From contig ADNK01000416.1 in assembly GCA_000320545.1 (NCBI GenBank), positions 1-52,757 of the forward strand: a DNA stretch of 52,757 bases, in the 5' to 3' direction. Made by a program: the position numbers and the translations under genes. The notes below the pieces were generated by a model that did not search any database, was not told the DNA's origin, and saw only the letters and a program-made list of their open reading frames with translations. Positions 35,934-51,399 of the stretch are shown one piece after another. The stretch comes from Bigelowiella natans CCMP2755 (lineage: Eukaryota; Protista; Cercozoa). The number at the start of each line of letters is the position of its first letter. The first letter of the stretch is position 1.

Positions 35934-36600
35934 GGCAATCACGCGCCACACGTGCACGTTGCATGAATTGTTCTTTTTTTGCTGCTTGTTTCTCACATTC
36001 CGCAGCCCGCGCACACCACTAGACCAGCACAGCACACGCTGTAATGCAGTCTGCTCACATGCTAGCTTGCCTGGCAGCGCACACTTGCACTGACCGGCTA
36101 GCCGGGCTAGCGGGGCGCGATCGACAGCTAGACAGCTCCATGGCTAGAGCTGGGTGGAAGCGTGCACTTGCAACTCCATTTTGGCACAAAGTGCAATGGA
36201 ACAAACACAATCCAGAACAAACGCTGACATGCAATGGCGCTGGCTAGCTCTAGAGCTGGTGAAGCAACTTCGCAGACACAGCTGACACTAGGACAATGTG
36301 CAACAACAGTGCAATGCCGGATCGAATGAGCATGCAAGCATGCGTGACTGACTGCATGCTTTCATGCATTTGTCATTGATGATCGATGCGCTGGCTAGCT
36401 GGAGTGTTGACATGCACGTCAGGAAACCACCAACTGAATGATTGCTGCTGTGCTGAGACACTACATGCACCGCGCTTTCTAGCATTCCCATTCGATCACA
36501 CGTGCAGAATTTCCACGAGTTTTGTTAAATTAAGTGTGTTGCATGTTACATCGGATTTTGCGTCAATGCAAGCACGAAACTGTCATCTGGTACAGATTGT
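35934..36600. other. CTAG/TGCA-rich island E (continues at ~29950-30218 on the other side of the retrotransposon)
   Basis: About 11 CTAG to the right of the element, and GGCTAGCTAGCTAG immediately left of the TSD. Lies downstream of the sorting nexin stop (36696). Confidence 0.8.
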
Positions 36601-36695
36601 ACAGTTGCCATGGAGATCGATCCCAGAAACTCGATTGGCATTAGAATTTGTGCATATTCACATCACTTCTTCCTACATTATGCTCTTGGCAAAAT

Positions 36696-39342
36696 TCAAT
36701 ACTTTTTCTCCTCTGCCCACAACTTCACGAGCTTGGAAGACACCTGAACACATAAGATGATAAAACATTAGATATTCGACTACAAATGGTGAACATGCAG
36801 CGTTGCGCTGACCTCAAATTGCTTTTCAAAGAAGGTCTGCACCTAATACAGAGAACGATCGTGAATGAGAAAGTTGCGACAAAAGCAACAAAGATTAAAG
36901 GCATACTTGGGAGTTGAAGGAAGAAGTCTTGTTCTCCCAATAATAAACTACTTCCGATTCGAATAAAATCTTTGTGATAATAGTGTGCAGTCCTATTGCA
37001 ATATAGCAATTGAGAGTTAATTTGAGACTTATGTACACACACACATATCTATGTATAGTATAAAAATATATATAAATATATATAATTGAATACATTTGTT
37101 TCTATCTTGATTTCAGTAAAAACTTGGTTCAGAAAATGTTGATGGATAAAAAATGTGCCGGGGATGGTTCCTTTTACAACCTCGTACTTCCTCCAATGCA
37201 TCTTTGTCTTTCTTCTCTGCAGCTTTCTGTTTTTCATTGAGTTCTCCATCGATCTACATAGCGTTGTAATAGTAGGACAAAAACGCCTAAATCACAGCTT
37301 GTTGAATACAGGAAATATCCCTTTCTCGGTCGAACCTTTTTGTACTTTTCCATCCTCTCCATGGCCTTGGATAGTCTTTTTTGAATGGACTCCCATGTCT
37401 GCGTAATTATACACACATTATAATTATAAATTTAAATATATTTATATCATCTTTGAAAAAAATAACGTTCAACAGCATAAGATGTGAATGGAACGTCTGC
37501 TATAGGAAGGAACCGCCAATGATTGTTGTCATGCAATTGGACGTGTGCACAACAATAATGAATCACTGGGACAATCATAATATCTTCATACCGAGATTCT
37601 ATCTCTTACACCCAAATGTTAATTTGCAATGTTGGCGAACAACTAACTGCGGAGGGAAGCACTGTTATTTTTTGAAAAAGAAATCGGCATGAAAAAGTGG
37701 AAATGTTCTTAGCCTTTCAACTACTTACTTTGACTATAATCAGCATCGATTCAATATCGAGCTTCTCTTGCTTAAATATCGACACCTGTGCAGCATCATC
37801 AAGGTTTCTTGTTATTCTTTGCGATGAGTGGCGACAATGAGAGCAAATATTGAGTAGTAGTCTTACCACTCCCTCGGACCAATGATCGGGCTTTTCGGAA
37901 ACAACACCTACGCACGATTTTTAGAGGAAATGTTTCAAAAAGCAATCCTTCAAAAAAACGACACTTTGTGATATTATTGCCAATCGCGAAAATGGTGAAC
38001 TCGCCGTTTTTTATCATCATCATCGTCGTCGTCGTCCTCGTTGTTTTGATATTGAGATGTTTTCTGACTATACCCGACCAAGACTGGAACATTCCACTCA
38101 CATCCATGCGAGGTGGATCCGGTCTGATTGCACACAACGAAGAAACAAAACAAAGCATTGATGGGCAAGAACATCCAAAAAATATTTGACTCCTGAGGTA
38201 ATAGAAAATTGCCAAGATACAATATCTATGTATATAAATATAGGTTATATTTGTGCTTAGCGGCAGTTTCCAGTGGTTCTTCAAGCCCTTCTCGCTCACC
38301 CCCCTCCCCCTACTACAGCATTGATTGCCGCCGAACTACCTCTGTGCGTATCCATCTTCGACCTTACCGAGAGACTTTAAGGAACTCGTAACTGAAAGAT
38401 TATTACCATCATATGTTGCACGTGCAAGCAATCTCAGTGCTGCCATGAGTCGAGGGGAAATCACATATTTTACTTTTCTTGGAATGCAGACAGATGTCGC
38501 CCCATTTATCCGCAATTAGAGCGCTGAGCAGGATAGAACGATCAGAACGCAAAACGCGACATAACAACTTAATTGAGAATCGCCCACCTTGATTCCAGAA
38601 GCAGCTGAATTTGCTTTGCTAACGTTTGTGTGTGCAGATCGTATGTCAGTACAGTTTCCAAACAACTGATATATATGCTATTATTAAGAAGAAATGGTTA
38701 ATTTTCAAAGTATCTGCTAGTATTGAAAACGCGGTTGAAGCCTATCCTGTCATCGGTCTTTTCAGTTCATTATTGCATTATTATCATGACTTCGCATAGT
38801 TTTTATCGTTGCTACCACCACGACTACAATTATGATGTGTTGTTGTTGTTGTTGTTGTTGTGGTTGTTGTTGTTGTTCTTGATACTGTGCGTGAATTATT
38901 AGCTGTTAACTACAACCAACCAGTGTTTGTAAGATAGTCCTTCAATCGTAATACCCTGTTTTCGTAACACAACCATGTACAATAGGAACAGCGGCAAAAC
39001 CAACATCAGTCACGTTGAATAAGTGTTGATTGTTTCATGCTAAATGAATGCAGAGTTTCCTCTAAGAGGCTGAGCGAGAAGAAATATCACATAAATAAAT
39101 AAGAAAATCATTTTTCGCTCTTCCCCTTTGATTTCTGAATTTAATTTCAGGATGACGTTGTTCCACACGTTCTGCAATCTAAATTTCTTTTGTGGACGAT
39201 GGGTGGATGGATGGATGGATGGATGGGGCACCTCTCCAGGGGATCTGTAGGCATATTGCTGCCTGCAAGCTCTGGAAAAAGACTTTGGAACATCTTTGCG
39301 ACGTTATCATCCTTTTGGCTCATGATAAGCTGCGTAATAATA

Positions 39343-39373
<31 letters not shown>

Positions 39374-39738
39374 GCAATAACAAAGATAAGAAACGGTCGT
39401 AAATAAACGCACACACACACACATGAAGGGGTTGTACCCTTTCAACGTCGCGTTTCTGCTTGTCGAAAGTGTTCGAGTGCCTGATCAACATAGACACAAT
39501 CACTGCCGGTCCCCCATCAACAAGTTGTAATCCCGTATTTTCCCACGAATCTCACTTTGATATGAAGAGCTGGAAGGGCATGCTATGGATAATGAAACGA
39601 TGCCTGATAATACAACACCATCCATAAGATAACATTTCGGAGGAAGAAAATGAAGGACAAACCTTGAAATCAGGCGCTTCATAAATTCTTCAAGACCTAA
39701 AGCAGCGTTATCGTAAACAATTTCTTAGTTCGCTTTCA

Positions 39739-39814
<76 letters not shown>

Positions 39815-41090
39815 TGTCTGTCTCTCTCTCCCCCCCCCCCCCCCTCCCACATCTCACTCTCACAAACACACATATGAACGTATCATAAGTGTTCGCTACC
39901 ATGCCTGCGTTCTTCAATGAATGACTCCTTCATTTTTCCCTGTTTCAGATACAATGATCATTCACCGGCTAGGTATGTATTAGATAAAATACTGATTACA
40001 AAAAGGCTTTTGGGAGGAAGTGATGGAATGAATACGCCAGGGAAAGCAAGTCCAAGCCATTTGCGCAACCACACCTAGTATTAAGGAAAATTTAACTCAA
40101 AAGCAATGAGTCTAGAAAAATATTTCTGTCTTGAATTGGTAGATGAACTTTCAAATTGAAATGTGAGGATGCTAAATGATGATTACGAAGTCGCTGTAGC
40201 GTCTGCGAACGAATCGGATCTCTTCGATTGGAGGCTGAGCATGCAAATCAAATAATTCTTAGACAACCGTTAGACGCACTCCGTAATATTGTTTAGTGGT
40301 CTGTACAGTTCTATAGAAAATAATTGATGAACAGTGGAGAGAACATGTGACATCAATGTGAAGAAATATTTTAGCGCATTACCTCCACAGATACAGCATA
40401 TGAAGTGAATGACCCGGTGAGCGCTTTCTGTGTTTGAGGATCCTCTATATTTGCAAAAGCAATAAAATTTCAGTGAGGAGCTAATGTACGTCACCACTTC
40501 TTTCTCTTCTTCTTCTTCTTCTTCTTCTTCTTCTTTTTCTTCTATGTTGTTTGTGAAGGGTACCAACGTGCACGCCCACCACGTGACGGCCCTTCTGGAC
40601 CAGCCCTCCAATCTTCAACGAATCCAGGCACATGTAAAACTCTTCCAAGTCTCCAGTATCTGTCAATTATCCATATCCAGCTTCGATCGATTTAAAAATT
40701 CTCGAAATCGATACAATCAATCGCGTGAAGGCGACCAAATTTTAGAAAGAAACACAAATTAATCACCGACCCCTTTGCCTAATCTTGCTGTCGACCCGTC
40801 TGCAAGTGTTTTGGTTAGATTAGATACGAGGAAGGCACCCCATTTTTTTCAATATGATCTAAAGAACGGAGTAAATAATTTTACTTGTGAGCCTTAGATT
40901 CCACAGGTTCTGTATCGGGGGCGACATTCTCTTGCATCGCTTCGGAGACAGCTAGGTTGACTTCGTGCGTGGCTTCTTGGGCCAATGCTTCTGCCTGAGC
41001 TAAAGCAGCCGCAGCCGCAGCCTCAGCAGCACCAGCCTCTGCCGATTGATCGTTGTTTGTACCGTCATTGTACTCGATCGCCTCAGACAT
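36696..41090 (-). CDS. PX-BAR sorting nexin (SNX1/Vps5-like), multi-exon
   Basis: PX domain spliced as KALTGSFTSYAVS..|PPIEEIRFVRRRYSDF|VWLRKWLGLAFPGVFIPSLPPKSLF|GKMKESFIEERRH|GLEEFMKRLISR. Helical C-terminus ..FNSQ|VQTFFEKQFE|VSSKLVKLWAEEKKY*. ATG at 41090. Confidence 0.85.
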
Positions 41091-41864
41091 GATATCTATG
41101 TGGTGGGAGTGGGGCAAATATCGAGCACTTCCGCACGCAAGCGATTTCCAAGTTCTTAAATGAAGAAACGTGTGAATAATTCTTCTTTTCCTTGACGCAG
41201 ATCCAAAATGGATTCCATTATTAATCTGAAATATTTCTTAACCCTGGAGTACTCCCTCCTTGCAGAAATATCTAATCCTGGTTTCAGTGTTATTGTCTCT
41301 TTATTGTTTTGGTAAATTCCTTTAAAGATTCAAGATATATTCCGGGATTCCGATTTTACCGATCCCAACGTAAAAATATTTTGATATTTGCATAGAATTT
41401 ATCCGCTTACGACAATCAATTAAGTACTTATTCAACATTTCAAATTATCATGGCTTTTTTTCTGTAAAAAAGGGCACTTTTTATCACTTTATATGTCAAA
41501 ACCGGGATCGAGCAGTAGCTGTCGCACATTCTAATTTGCCAAAATTCCATGCAAACCTTTGAAACGCCCGTTTTAATTTTCTCGATAAAATACCTATAAA
41601 CTTTAATTACGTCAAGGAATATATTAAAAAATACACACTGTATCTGTCGTTAATGGATTTGACTATATTCCGACTCCAATAAATAAATAGCGGCTTACAA
41701 ATGAAAGATTTGACCATATCCTGACTCCATAAAATTAATTACTCGGCTATGAAGTTTGGGTAAATTCACCATAACATCATAAACCGATACCGTTGCGCAC
41801 AAGTAAAGGTTTAATCTTCATCTAATTAAAGCAACTCATCCCCACAACCCAAACAACCACAACC

Positions 41865-42227
41865 ATGCCAGCTAAATCTAAAGCCACCAAGACCCCAGCT
41901 AAGAAGCCTGAAAAGAAAAAGGTCGAAGGAAAGCGCAGGAAGAAGCGTGTTGAATCCTACTCCACCTACATCTACAAGGTCCTCAAGCAGGTCCACCCAG
42001 ATACCGGTATCTCCCGCCGCGGAATGTCGATCATGAACTCCTTCATTGGAGACATTTTCGAGCGTATTGCAAGCGAAGCTGGAAAGCTCTGCCGATTCAA
42101 CAACAAGGCTACTCTCTCCTCAAGGGAAATCCAGACCGCTGTCCGCCTCATCCTTCCTGGAGAACTTGCAAAGCATGCAGTTTCTGAGGGAACCAAGGCC
42201 GTCACCAAGTATACCAGCTCCAAGTAA
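41865..42227 (+). CDS. H2B: Histone H2B, intronless, 120 aa
   Basis: [55 protein letters not shown]. Confidence 0.99.
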   Translation: MPAKSKATKTPAKKPEKKKVEGKRRKKRVESYSTYIYKVLKQVHPDTGISRRGMSIMNSFIGDIFERIASEAGKLCRFNNKATLSSREIQTAVRLILPGELAKHAVSEGTKAVTKYTSSK

Positions 42228-42449
42228 ACGGCGAACGGTGGACTAATAGCCTACTATACTTCAAGATACTTCTATACCTCAAAACAGAACAAACTCGACC
42301 ACGGTGTAATTTTGCACCTCCCTTCATTAGGGTTAACTTGCGATGATCTAATCAGCATCATGAAGAATCTGTTGATTCTTTACATGAAAACGAATGTGCC
42401 TTTCCTATGTAGATTTGTACACAGTCATAATTCTGTGACGACTGCGTAA

Positions 42450-43245
42450 ATCCTAGTGAAGAACTAGATCATTAGCATAATAACCATTATCACAAACAAA
42501 GCGTTCCAACACTTTAAGCACAGGGATCCTAAGCCCTTGCATGTAGAATGCGTGCTGTGTCTTTAAATGAATTATCAAAGCAAAGTACACAACCAAAAAC
42601 CAACATGATGTCTGATCATTTACTATGTACGCACAGTATAAAGTCCATTGCGATACAGTGCAACAAACATCATGGCTTAGCTTAGCAGATGTGCTGTGGT
42701 GATGCATCTAACATAGATTAGAATTCAGAGCATCGCTAGATCGCGCTCCGCACGTCGTCCTAGACGTGACATCACGTACACAAGTGAGCTTTTGTCAGCA
42801 TGCAGCACATCATTGCAGAAACGAACAAAGACAACACAAGTATACAAGCTTTGTAGTCGATCCCCGCTCCTAGTAGCAATATGTGACGGGACAGCTAGAC
42901 AGCGCTGGTAGCTAGAATAAGTGATTAAATATTTTCAATAGTCATCCTAATGTTAAGTGCTAGAGTGGTGTACGTTTTTTAAAACAATGCTACTACTGCT
43001 CCACCTAGCTTGCATGCTACACAGCTCTAGTAGTAGAGCTGTGTGGCACATGTCACAGGTCACAGGTAGCTAGCTATATAATATATAAGACATCTGTGTG
43101 TGGTCTACAGCATGCTAGCATGATGTCGCAATGTTAGCACATTGTTCTACGTAGTATATGGTATGAGACGGCCGGCCGGATGTAATAATGAAATGATTAC
43201 ATTTTAAATTGCTACATATTGCCATCCTAATAATGTTGCTATCTC
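42450..43245. other. CTAG/TGCA/CATG-rich intergenic island F (convergent gap)
   Basis: About 12 CTAG by manual count, between H2B (+) and the ankyrin gene (-). Confidence 0.8.
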
Positions 43246-43246
43246 A

Positions 43247-44610
43247 CTATGCAGAGCTAGTAGAGAGCCTAACCACACACAACGCCCTTTTCCGTTTTCG
43301 AGAGGAATCCTGATTTGACGCCGAATCCGCTAATACCGTAAACCCCAATTCTGAATATGCTTTCATTGCCCTCTCTAATTCGTCCATTGTGGTTGGGGGT
43401 GAGAAGCATGGGTAAGCGTACTCTAAAACAATTCGAAATGCCTCAGAGTCGACCAATTTGATATCCACGTACCTCTCGAAAGCCCGTTTCCTATGTCTCT
43501 TCAATGTACTCACACCCTCTGTTAAGAATTCTTGTGCTTTATAATATTCCACTGAATGCGGGCCCCGGCGATTAAGGGTAAAATAGAAAGTAATGATACT
43601 TAGCCAGTGTTCATCGGCAGATTCTAATTGTAAACCGACATTTTCCCCCCATACTAATTCAGCCACGGTATCCCAATGACCTCGGGCCGCTTGTCGTTGC
43701 ATAAATTTAGGGGAAAGCAAAGTCAGACATCGCAAAACTGCAAACAGTGTGCTCATTTGCCTACCTGCATAGTGTGCCGCTAATTGACCCACGTTGCAAT
43801 ACACACTCGGTTTAGCTCCCCTCGAAATCATCAACGCCACCCAACCAGTCTCTCCCTTCTGTGCTGCTTCCATCAAGGGTGTGAAACCCCGACGAGAAGC
43901 CTGGTTTAACGATTTCTGCCCAAATTCAGTCTTGAGAAAGAAATACACAAGATCACTGTTCCCTTCGATACACGCCTGTATAACATTCAGTAAGCCAGTG
44001 CTGTATCAGTCTTGTTGTGGTCACATAAAATGGACTCATTGGAGCAAAGGAGTATTCGTCCCTTCTCTTAATTCAAACTAGGACATTTTTGTTTAATATA
44101 TTATCGATGTAGTTACATGATGAAGAGGGGTCTGTCCTTCGATGTCAGTGGAATGAACGTCGAAGTGTTGCGAAAGCACAAATACCCTCTCCTGATTGAA
44201 TGCAAGTATTCTAAATCGGGGATCTGAGGATGGTTGACTACTGCAGATATTTTAAAGCATTCAACTCACTGCATCATCATTTTTCACGGCTGCGGTGATG
44301 TAAGTGTCCCCAGAATCTATTGAAGCAAAGAAAGCGTGAGACTATGAAGAACACATGGCATATTTTGATGTATTGCTCCTTACCGTGAAAGGTTCTTCCT
44401 AAAGAAGCCTTAATATCAGCATCCATATTACTTAACATTCGCCTCAGGGCGCTGCAGCTCGCATGCCATAACATTTCCTTCATAATATCAGCGTTAGTTC
44501 GTTCGGGAGTGGCTTCGAAAGAACGCGCTTATCACCTTTGCATGCTCGATCTTCTGCTCCTCCATAACACCCTCGACAAGGCGCATGCGCCATCCGGGAG
44601 GAGCATCCAT
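43247..44610 (-). CDS. Ankyrin-repeat protein, multi-exon
   Basis: RRGFTPLMEAAQKGETGWVALMISRGA and, after removing intron 43690-43764, GQLAAHYAAARGHWDTVAELV. Probable start MDAPPGWRMRL at 44610. Confidence 0.75.
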
Positions 44611-44897
44611 TTGAACTTTTGAGTAGCAGTTATCAGTCTCCACCCTCCCCAACCCTACTCACTCGCTGTGCAAATTTTCACCAACATGACTCCACAGCAT
44701 GATAGATAATTGTTTGCGACATGATATTTACATGTCGCAGGATATAAAATCCCATTCATTTCCCTCCAACAATTTAAAATTGCGGCGGTTCTGACAGAGT
44801 AAAGCTCCAAATATTTCCTCGCCCCCCCCCGACCGCCAAGAGGGAGCTGCCCCATGTACGCACCCTTATGACCCTAGGACACTAGAAATATCAACGA

Positions 44898-46748
<1,851 letters not shown>

Positions 46749-46779
46749 CAATTCGTCGTATCGATATAAAGCAGCTTAT

Positions 46780-47400
46780 TACAACTAGTTATTATTGACT
46801 TGGCGTTGCATGTGCCAGCAGTGCCGGGCATAAAACACATTATTGCTATGTGGCGTAGTAATACTACATGTACGATCACATGGGCTGATGATGATATGCG
46901 TGTGCTGTGTGTGTATGGCATGTCCAGGCAGGCTAGCAGGCGCTTTATTGTATCACTGTTACACAACTATCTAGCAATCGATCACACATACAAATGCATG
47001 CACGTGCACCGCATCTCTAGATCTAGGCAAGCGCCATACTATAACATAGCTAGCTCTAGAGCTAGCTAGAGAGTTTATGCGTCGCGCCCACGTAAACAGC
47101 TCGATCGCCATCGCTAGATTGCTAGGATTTGAGTTTTTATTAAATTAATTACTAGACTATGCTAGCTTTATGCAAGCACTATGTATAGCACAAGGCTAGA
47201 CTAGAAGGCGGCGTACATGCAGCGTCTCGTCACAGTTGTCGTAGGTATAAAGCATGTAATTTTTCATTGCATCCGTCTCATGTATGTGGGTATAAGCACA
47301 AATAAAAGATATGCACCTCATTTTTGCTGCTTGCGCGCGTTTTTAGATTGCAGGTTTTTTATTTGTTAAACCAGTTTGCCTTCCAGGCAGGTGATCCATG
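46780..47400. other. CTAG/TGCA/CATG-rich intergenic island G (convergent gap)
   Basis: About 14 CTAG in ~46930-47210 (e.g. AGCTAGCTCTAGAGCTAGCTAGAG). Lies between GCN5 (+) and the CPPED1-like gene (-). Confidence 0.8.
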
Positions 47401-47899
47401 TTTTGTCAATTAAACCATTGTGTTGTGAAAATTGATAACATTTTTGCAGAAATGCATTCTTCTGACAGTATCGCTTCACATTATTAGCGCTATGGTGAAT
47501 CGTCATTGTGTTGAATCAAGAACTTTTTCCCCCCCCTCACTATCTGCGAGCAATTCTTTCATCAAGCTAACGTCGCTGGGAATCTAATGTTTTCAATTCA
47601 CAATACCGAGAACAAGATGTAGAAAAGAAAAACAAAACATCAAAAACTCTCTTTCCGTCGGCGGAACCAACTACATGACATTAAACGCTATTGCTGGATA
47701 TACGGGATCTCAAAAGTCATCATAATGATTATCTCGATCAACAAATGCAGCAACACACCTTGTCGAGGACGAACCATTTGTGGCGAACGCGCTTCTCCCC
47801 CACATACACCTAGACAGCACATTAATGCGTACACTTTACCAAACCAACCAAAAAACGGAGCTCAATGGCGTTGAGAAATAAAACAACATCGCCGAACTT

Positions 47900-48947
47900 C
47901 GTCCGGCGAGGGCGAAATTCAGCTCTCACAAGAAAGCATAGAATCGGCATCTTCACGATCATCATCCTTGGTACTTTTCTGAGAGAGTCTTTGTTGGACT
48001 TAACATCATGTTTTTTCACAAAAAGTCTCAAGTTTCGAGCTAGCTGCGACTTGTTACCATGCGGAATCCGGAGACCTGAATCCGACAAACGCCACAGCAA
48101 GGCAAGGATAACACAGAAGGGGGCGAGGGGGGGGGGGGGGGTGTTTAAGAGAAAAGGTTTATATAGTTATTATAAATGACAGGTTGTGCACATTACTGCT
48201 AAGTATCCGTGCAGCTCCTTACTTAGAGGAGAATGTGTGGTAGATAAGCACTACTTTCCTGGTTAAAGCAGCAGCAGTATAATCATCATCATCATCATCA
48301 TCATCACCTGAGTTCCTATTGTCGGCTCATCGAAGCTAACAGGCAACCCCAAGGGGTCTTCCAATGCCTTCAACGCGCAGCCTGATATCATCACGACGAC
48401 GACGCATTTCATATTGGTAGAAAATCTTCGGATCGCGCTGTTTTTGCGCTCGCCCTCCCTCACCACTGCATAGTTGTAAGATATTGCACTTATCCTGGAC
48501 ACTACTACCCCCTTCACCACCACCCCGTACGAAAGAAGGCAGTCAGTCCTACTACTAGCGAATAAAAGGCTATGATCAATCATACCAAGAGCGGACGTCA
48601 CGACAACTTCGAGGGCGCCGTCTCTGTCGGGATGTCATATTCACAGACATTTATATCAGTCGCTGAGAACTCGCATTTCTTTTGATTCGGAATAAAGGGA
48701 GGGGGATAGGGGCTGTTTTCGTGTTGTACTGATTGTGTTTATATGGGAAGGTGCGATATTTTGCACGCAAACAAAGAATCGGAGTATTTTGCTACTGTGA
48801 GTAACCCCACCTGCCGCCGGCATTGCGATGGTAGTGCCCGCAAAACATCGTGCAAACAGCTGCCTTCTTCATCCTAGACAACACCTTCCTCCTCGTACTC
48901 TTTGTCCTGCATACAACAGAGGGAGGAGGACAACACAATGAGAGGAA

Positions 48948-48978
<31 letters not shown>

Positions 48979-49762
48979 AAGAAGAACGAGAAAGGCCCAC
49001 AAGTTAGTAGCTCTCCGCTGCCAACCGAATATCACCCCCATAGCTTCCTCCTCTTCTTCTCCTTCTTCTTCTTCTTCTATCAGAGTGTCTGTCCTTGTTG
49101 TTTTTATTCCAGGCAAATACTGACCAGTTGAAGTATCCATCAGGCTCATTGGGAGTGTTGATAAATGGGGGAATATGCGCGAAGACTAGCCTGATAAGGA
49201 AGTGCAAAGGACGGGGGCCAGGCATAGGGAAGGAGATCGTTCGTCAACTGAACAAGTTATTCTTCCACGAGAATTTCATTTGCGTGTTTTGTGTTAGATA
49301 TGTACTGCTGGTGCTGCTGCTTACGTGTGCCTAGGGTTCTCAGCTTCACACCGTTTTAACTCCTTCATAAACCTTCTCGTTCCATGTATTCATTAAAAGA
49401 GAGCATACCCAACTTTATGATGATGATGATGAGACAATAAGTAATGTGTACGGCGAGAACAACCAAACTCATCATGCTAAGACAGCATTGCTTGTATTGG
49501 GAGGAGGAGGAGGAGGAGGAGGAGGAAAACCACCACTGGTGATGCCTTTTGGCCAAACTCTTCGCTTTCGAGTCGTCCTTATATCTAAAAGAAGCAGTTC
49601 GCAGTCATCATCCGCACAAACACCCAAACAGACAGCATGCCTCTACAGGAAGGGCTTTTTCACCGCAATTACGTGTAATAGAAGGACTAGTGCAAGCAAA
49701 ACGTGCATGGAGTGTTGATAGCAAACTTCGATGGACGACGACGAGCCTTTCAGCAGTGTGTG

Positions 49763-49805
<43 letters not shown>

Positions 49806-49977
49806 GTTGTTGATTGCAGCAAGGGAGACTTAGTTTGATGAAGATTATAATGACAAGGCGAGACTATACAAGACACGCTACTCACAGGCTGCTGTTTATG
49901 ACGATGCACTTCACGCCGCCCACCCAGAATGTGAAGAAATCCGATCCAAACTTCTTCTTGTATCTGTAATTTTGCCG

Positions 49978-50009
<32 letters not shown>

Positions 50010-50678
50010 GCGAATGTATAGGTAGCAAGCGAATGCCCTTCTCTCTCTCGCGCGCCCCCTTTCTCCCTCCCCATGCATAATAAAAGAATATCTGTCTGCT
50101 CGATCAGTAGACTGGAGTAAGAGTTTCACAATCGAGTTTTCCCGTCGTAAATATAGAGAACAACGATGGTTCCAGCAATCTTACTCTTCTATACCATGCA
50201 TGTGTTGTATTCAGCCTCCTCACCGTTCAATCGAAGCTCTATTAGGCTGATTTCCAACGTCATGGTTACCGCATACACAAACCTTACATACCGCGAACAA
50301 GCATACGTAAACACTTAGACTCAGAATATCTTTCATTGAATGTGAGACTACTTACCAGAGGGATATCCTTGTGTATCTTTCTCATTTCCTGAGCATGATT
50401 GTAGTTTGAGCGAGAGGATAAGGAGGAGAGGAAGAAATAAGAAGGGAAAAAAAGGAGAATGAAGAAGGGGAGGGAGGGAGGGAGGTGGAGGAGGCACACT
50501 ACTTAATAGTAACAAAGTAAAACTCAAGTGCTGTTCTTTTTCTTCCTTTTCTCTTCCATTTATTGGTATTTTCCTGACGATTGATCACCTTATAGAAAGC
50601 CTCTATCTGTTCGTCTTGCTTCTTTGCCTGGCATTTTTTGAAGCGAGGGAAGGACAGAGAGAGAGAAGAAAAATGTGT

Positions 50679-50729
<51 letters not shown>

Positions 50730-51206
50730 GTACTCGAACATAAAAAATCAATGTATTCTGATCATTTACCACATATTAACTAGTATTTAACTTACATTAT
50801 CCGGGAACGCATTGATCATATCTCCACACACAATCACGAACTTGGGCCTCAGCTTATTTATTCTTTCTACTCCCTGCCGCACAATGTGTATCTCTGTGTC
50901 CAGGCTCTTATCACCGGTCAAGCATCCTAGTTGCGTGTCTGCGAGCTGTGCGAAAAGAAATGGGCCATCCCACCTCTTCGAGTCTTCGCTAGGAAATAGA
51001 TTTTTCTCCCTTAAGGAACTCGGAAGAACTTTGTCCACCGTCCGCGATCTTTTCGGCTTGACTCCAGGAAGACTGGCCCTCCCTTTTGCGTCTCGTGAAC
51101 CATTATTCGCTCGAAGGTCTCCATCACTATTTTCATGCGTCCCGTCGCCCCCATCCCTGTCGTGGATCGGTCTCTTCCGTGATTGCGAACGGGTTGTGAC
51201 CACCAT
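47900..51206 (-). CDS. CPPED1: Calcineurin-like metallophosphoesterase, CPPED1-like, multi-exon
   Basis: WDGPFLFAQLADTQLG, VIVCGDMINA, VCVCGNHDVGN, FGSDFFTFWVGGVKCIVINS, VFAHIPPF, MFCGHYHRNAGG, VVVTSALG. 3' end approximate. Confidence 0.85.
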
Positions 51207-51399
51207 GATCTTGTGAGTATACCTCTACCCGCAAAGGTAGTAGGGTGGTGGTTCGTTCGTAAGTCTCTGCTGCCTCCTCCCCCTCCTCGATCGATCGTTC
51301 GTTGATGACTGCACAGACCTCGACAATAAGTCGAACGACGATTTGTGCTGTTTGTTTTTGTCGCAACCTAAGAATAAAGTGTAAGTTATATAGAGCGAC

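Noticed and set aside
42228-42350. Replication-dependent histone 3' stem-loop, or a neighbouring H2A gene
   Set aside because: No GGCTCTTTTCAGAGCC-like hairpin seen; the divergent neighbour is the sorting nexin.
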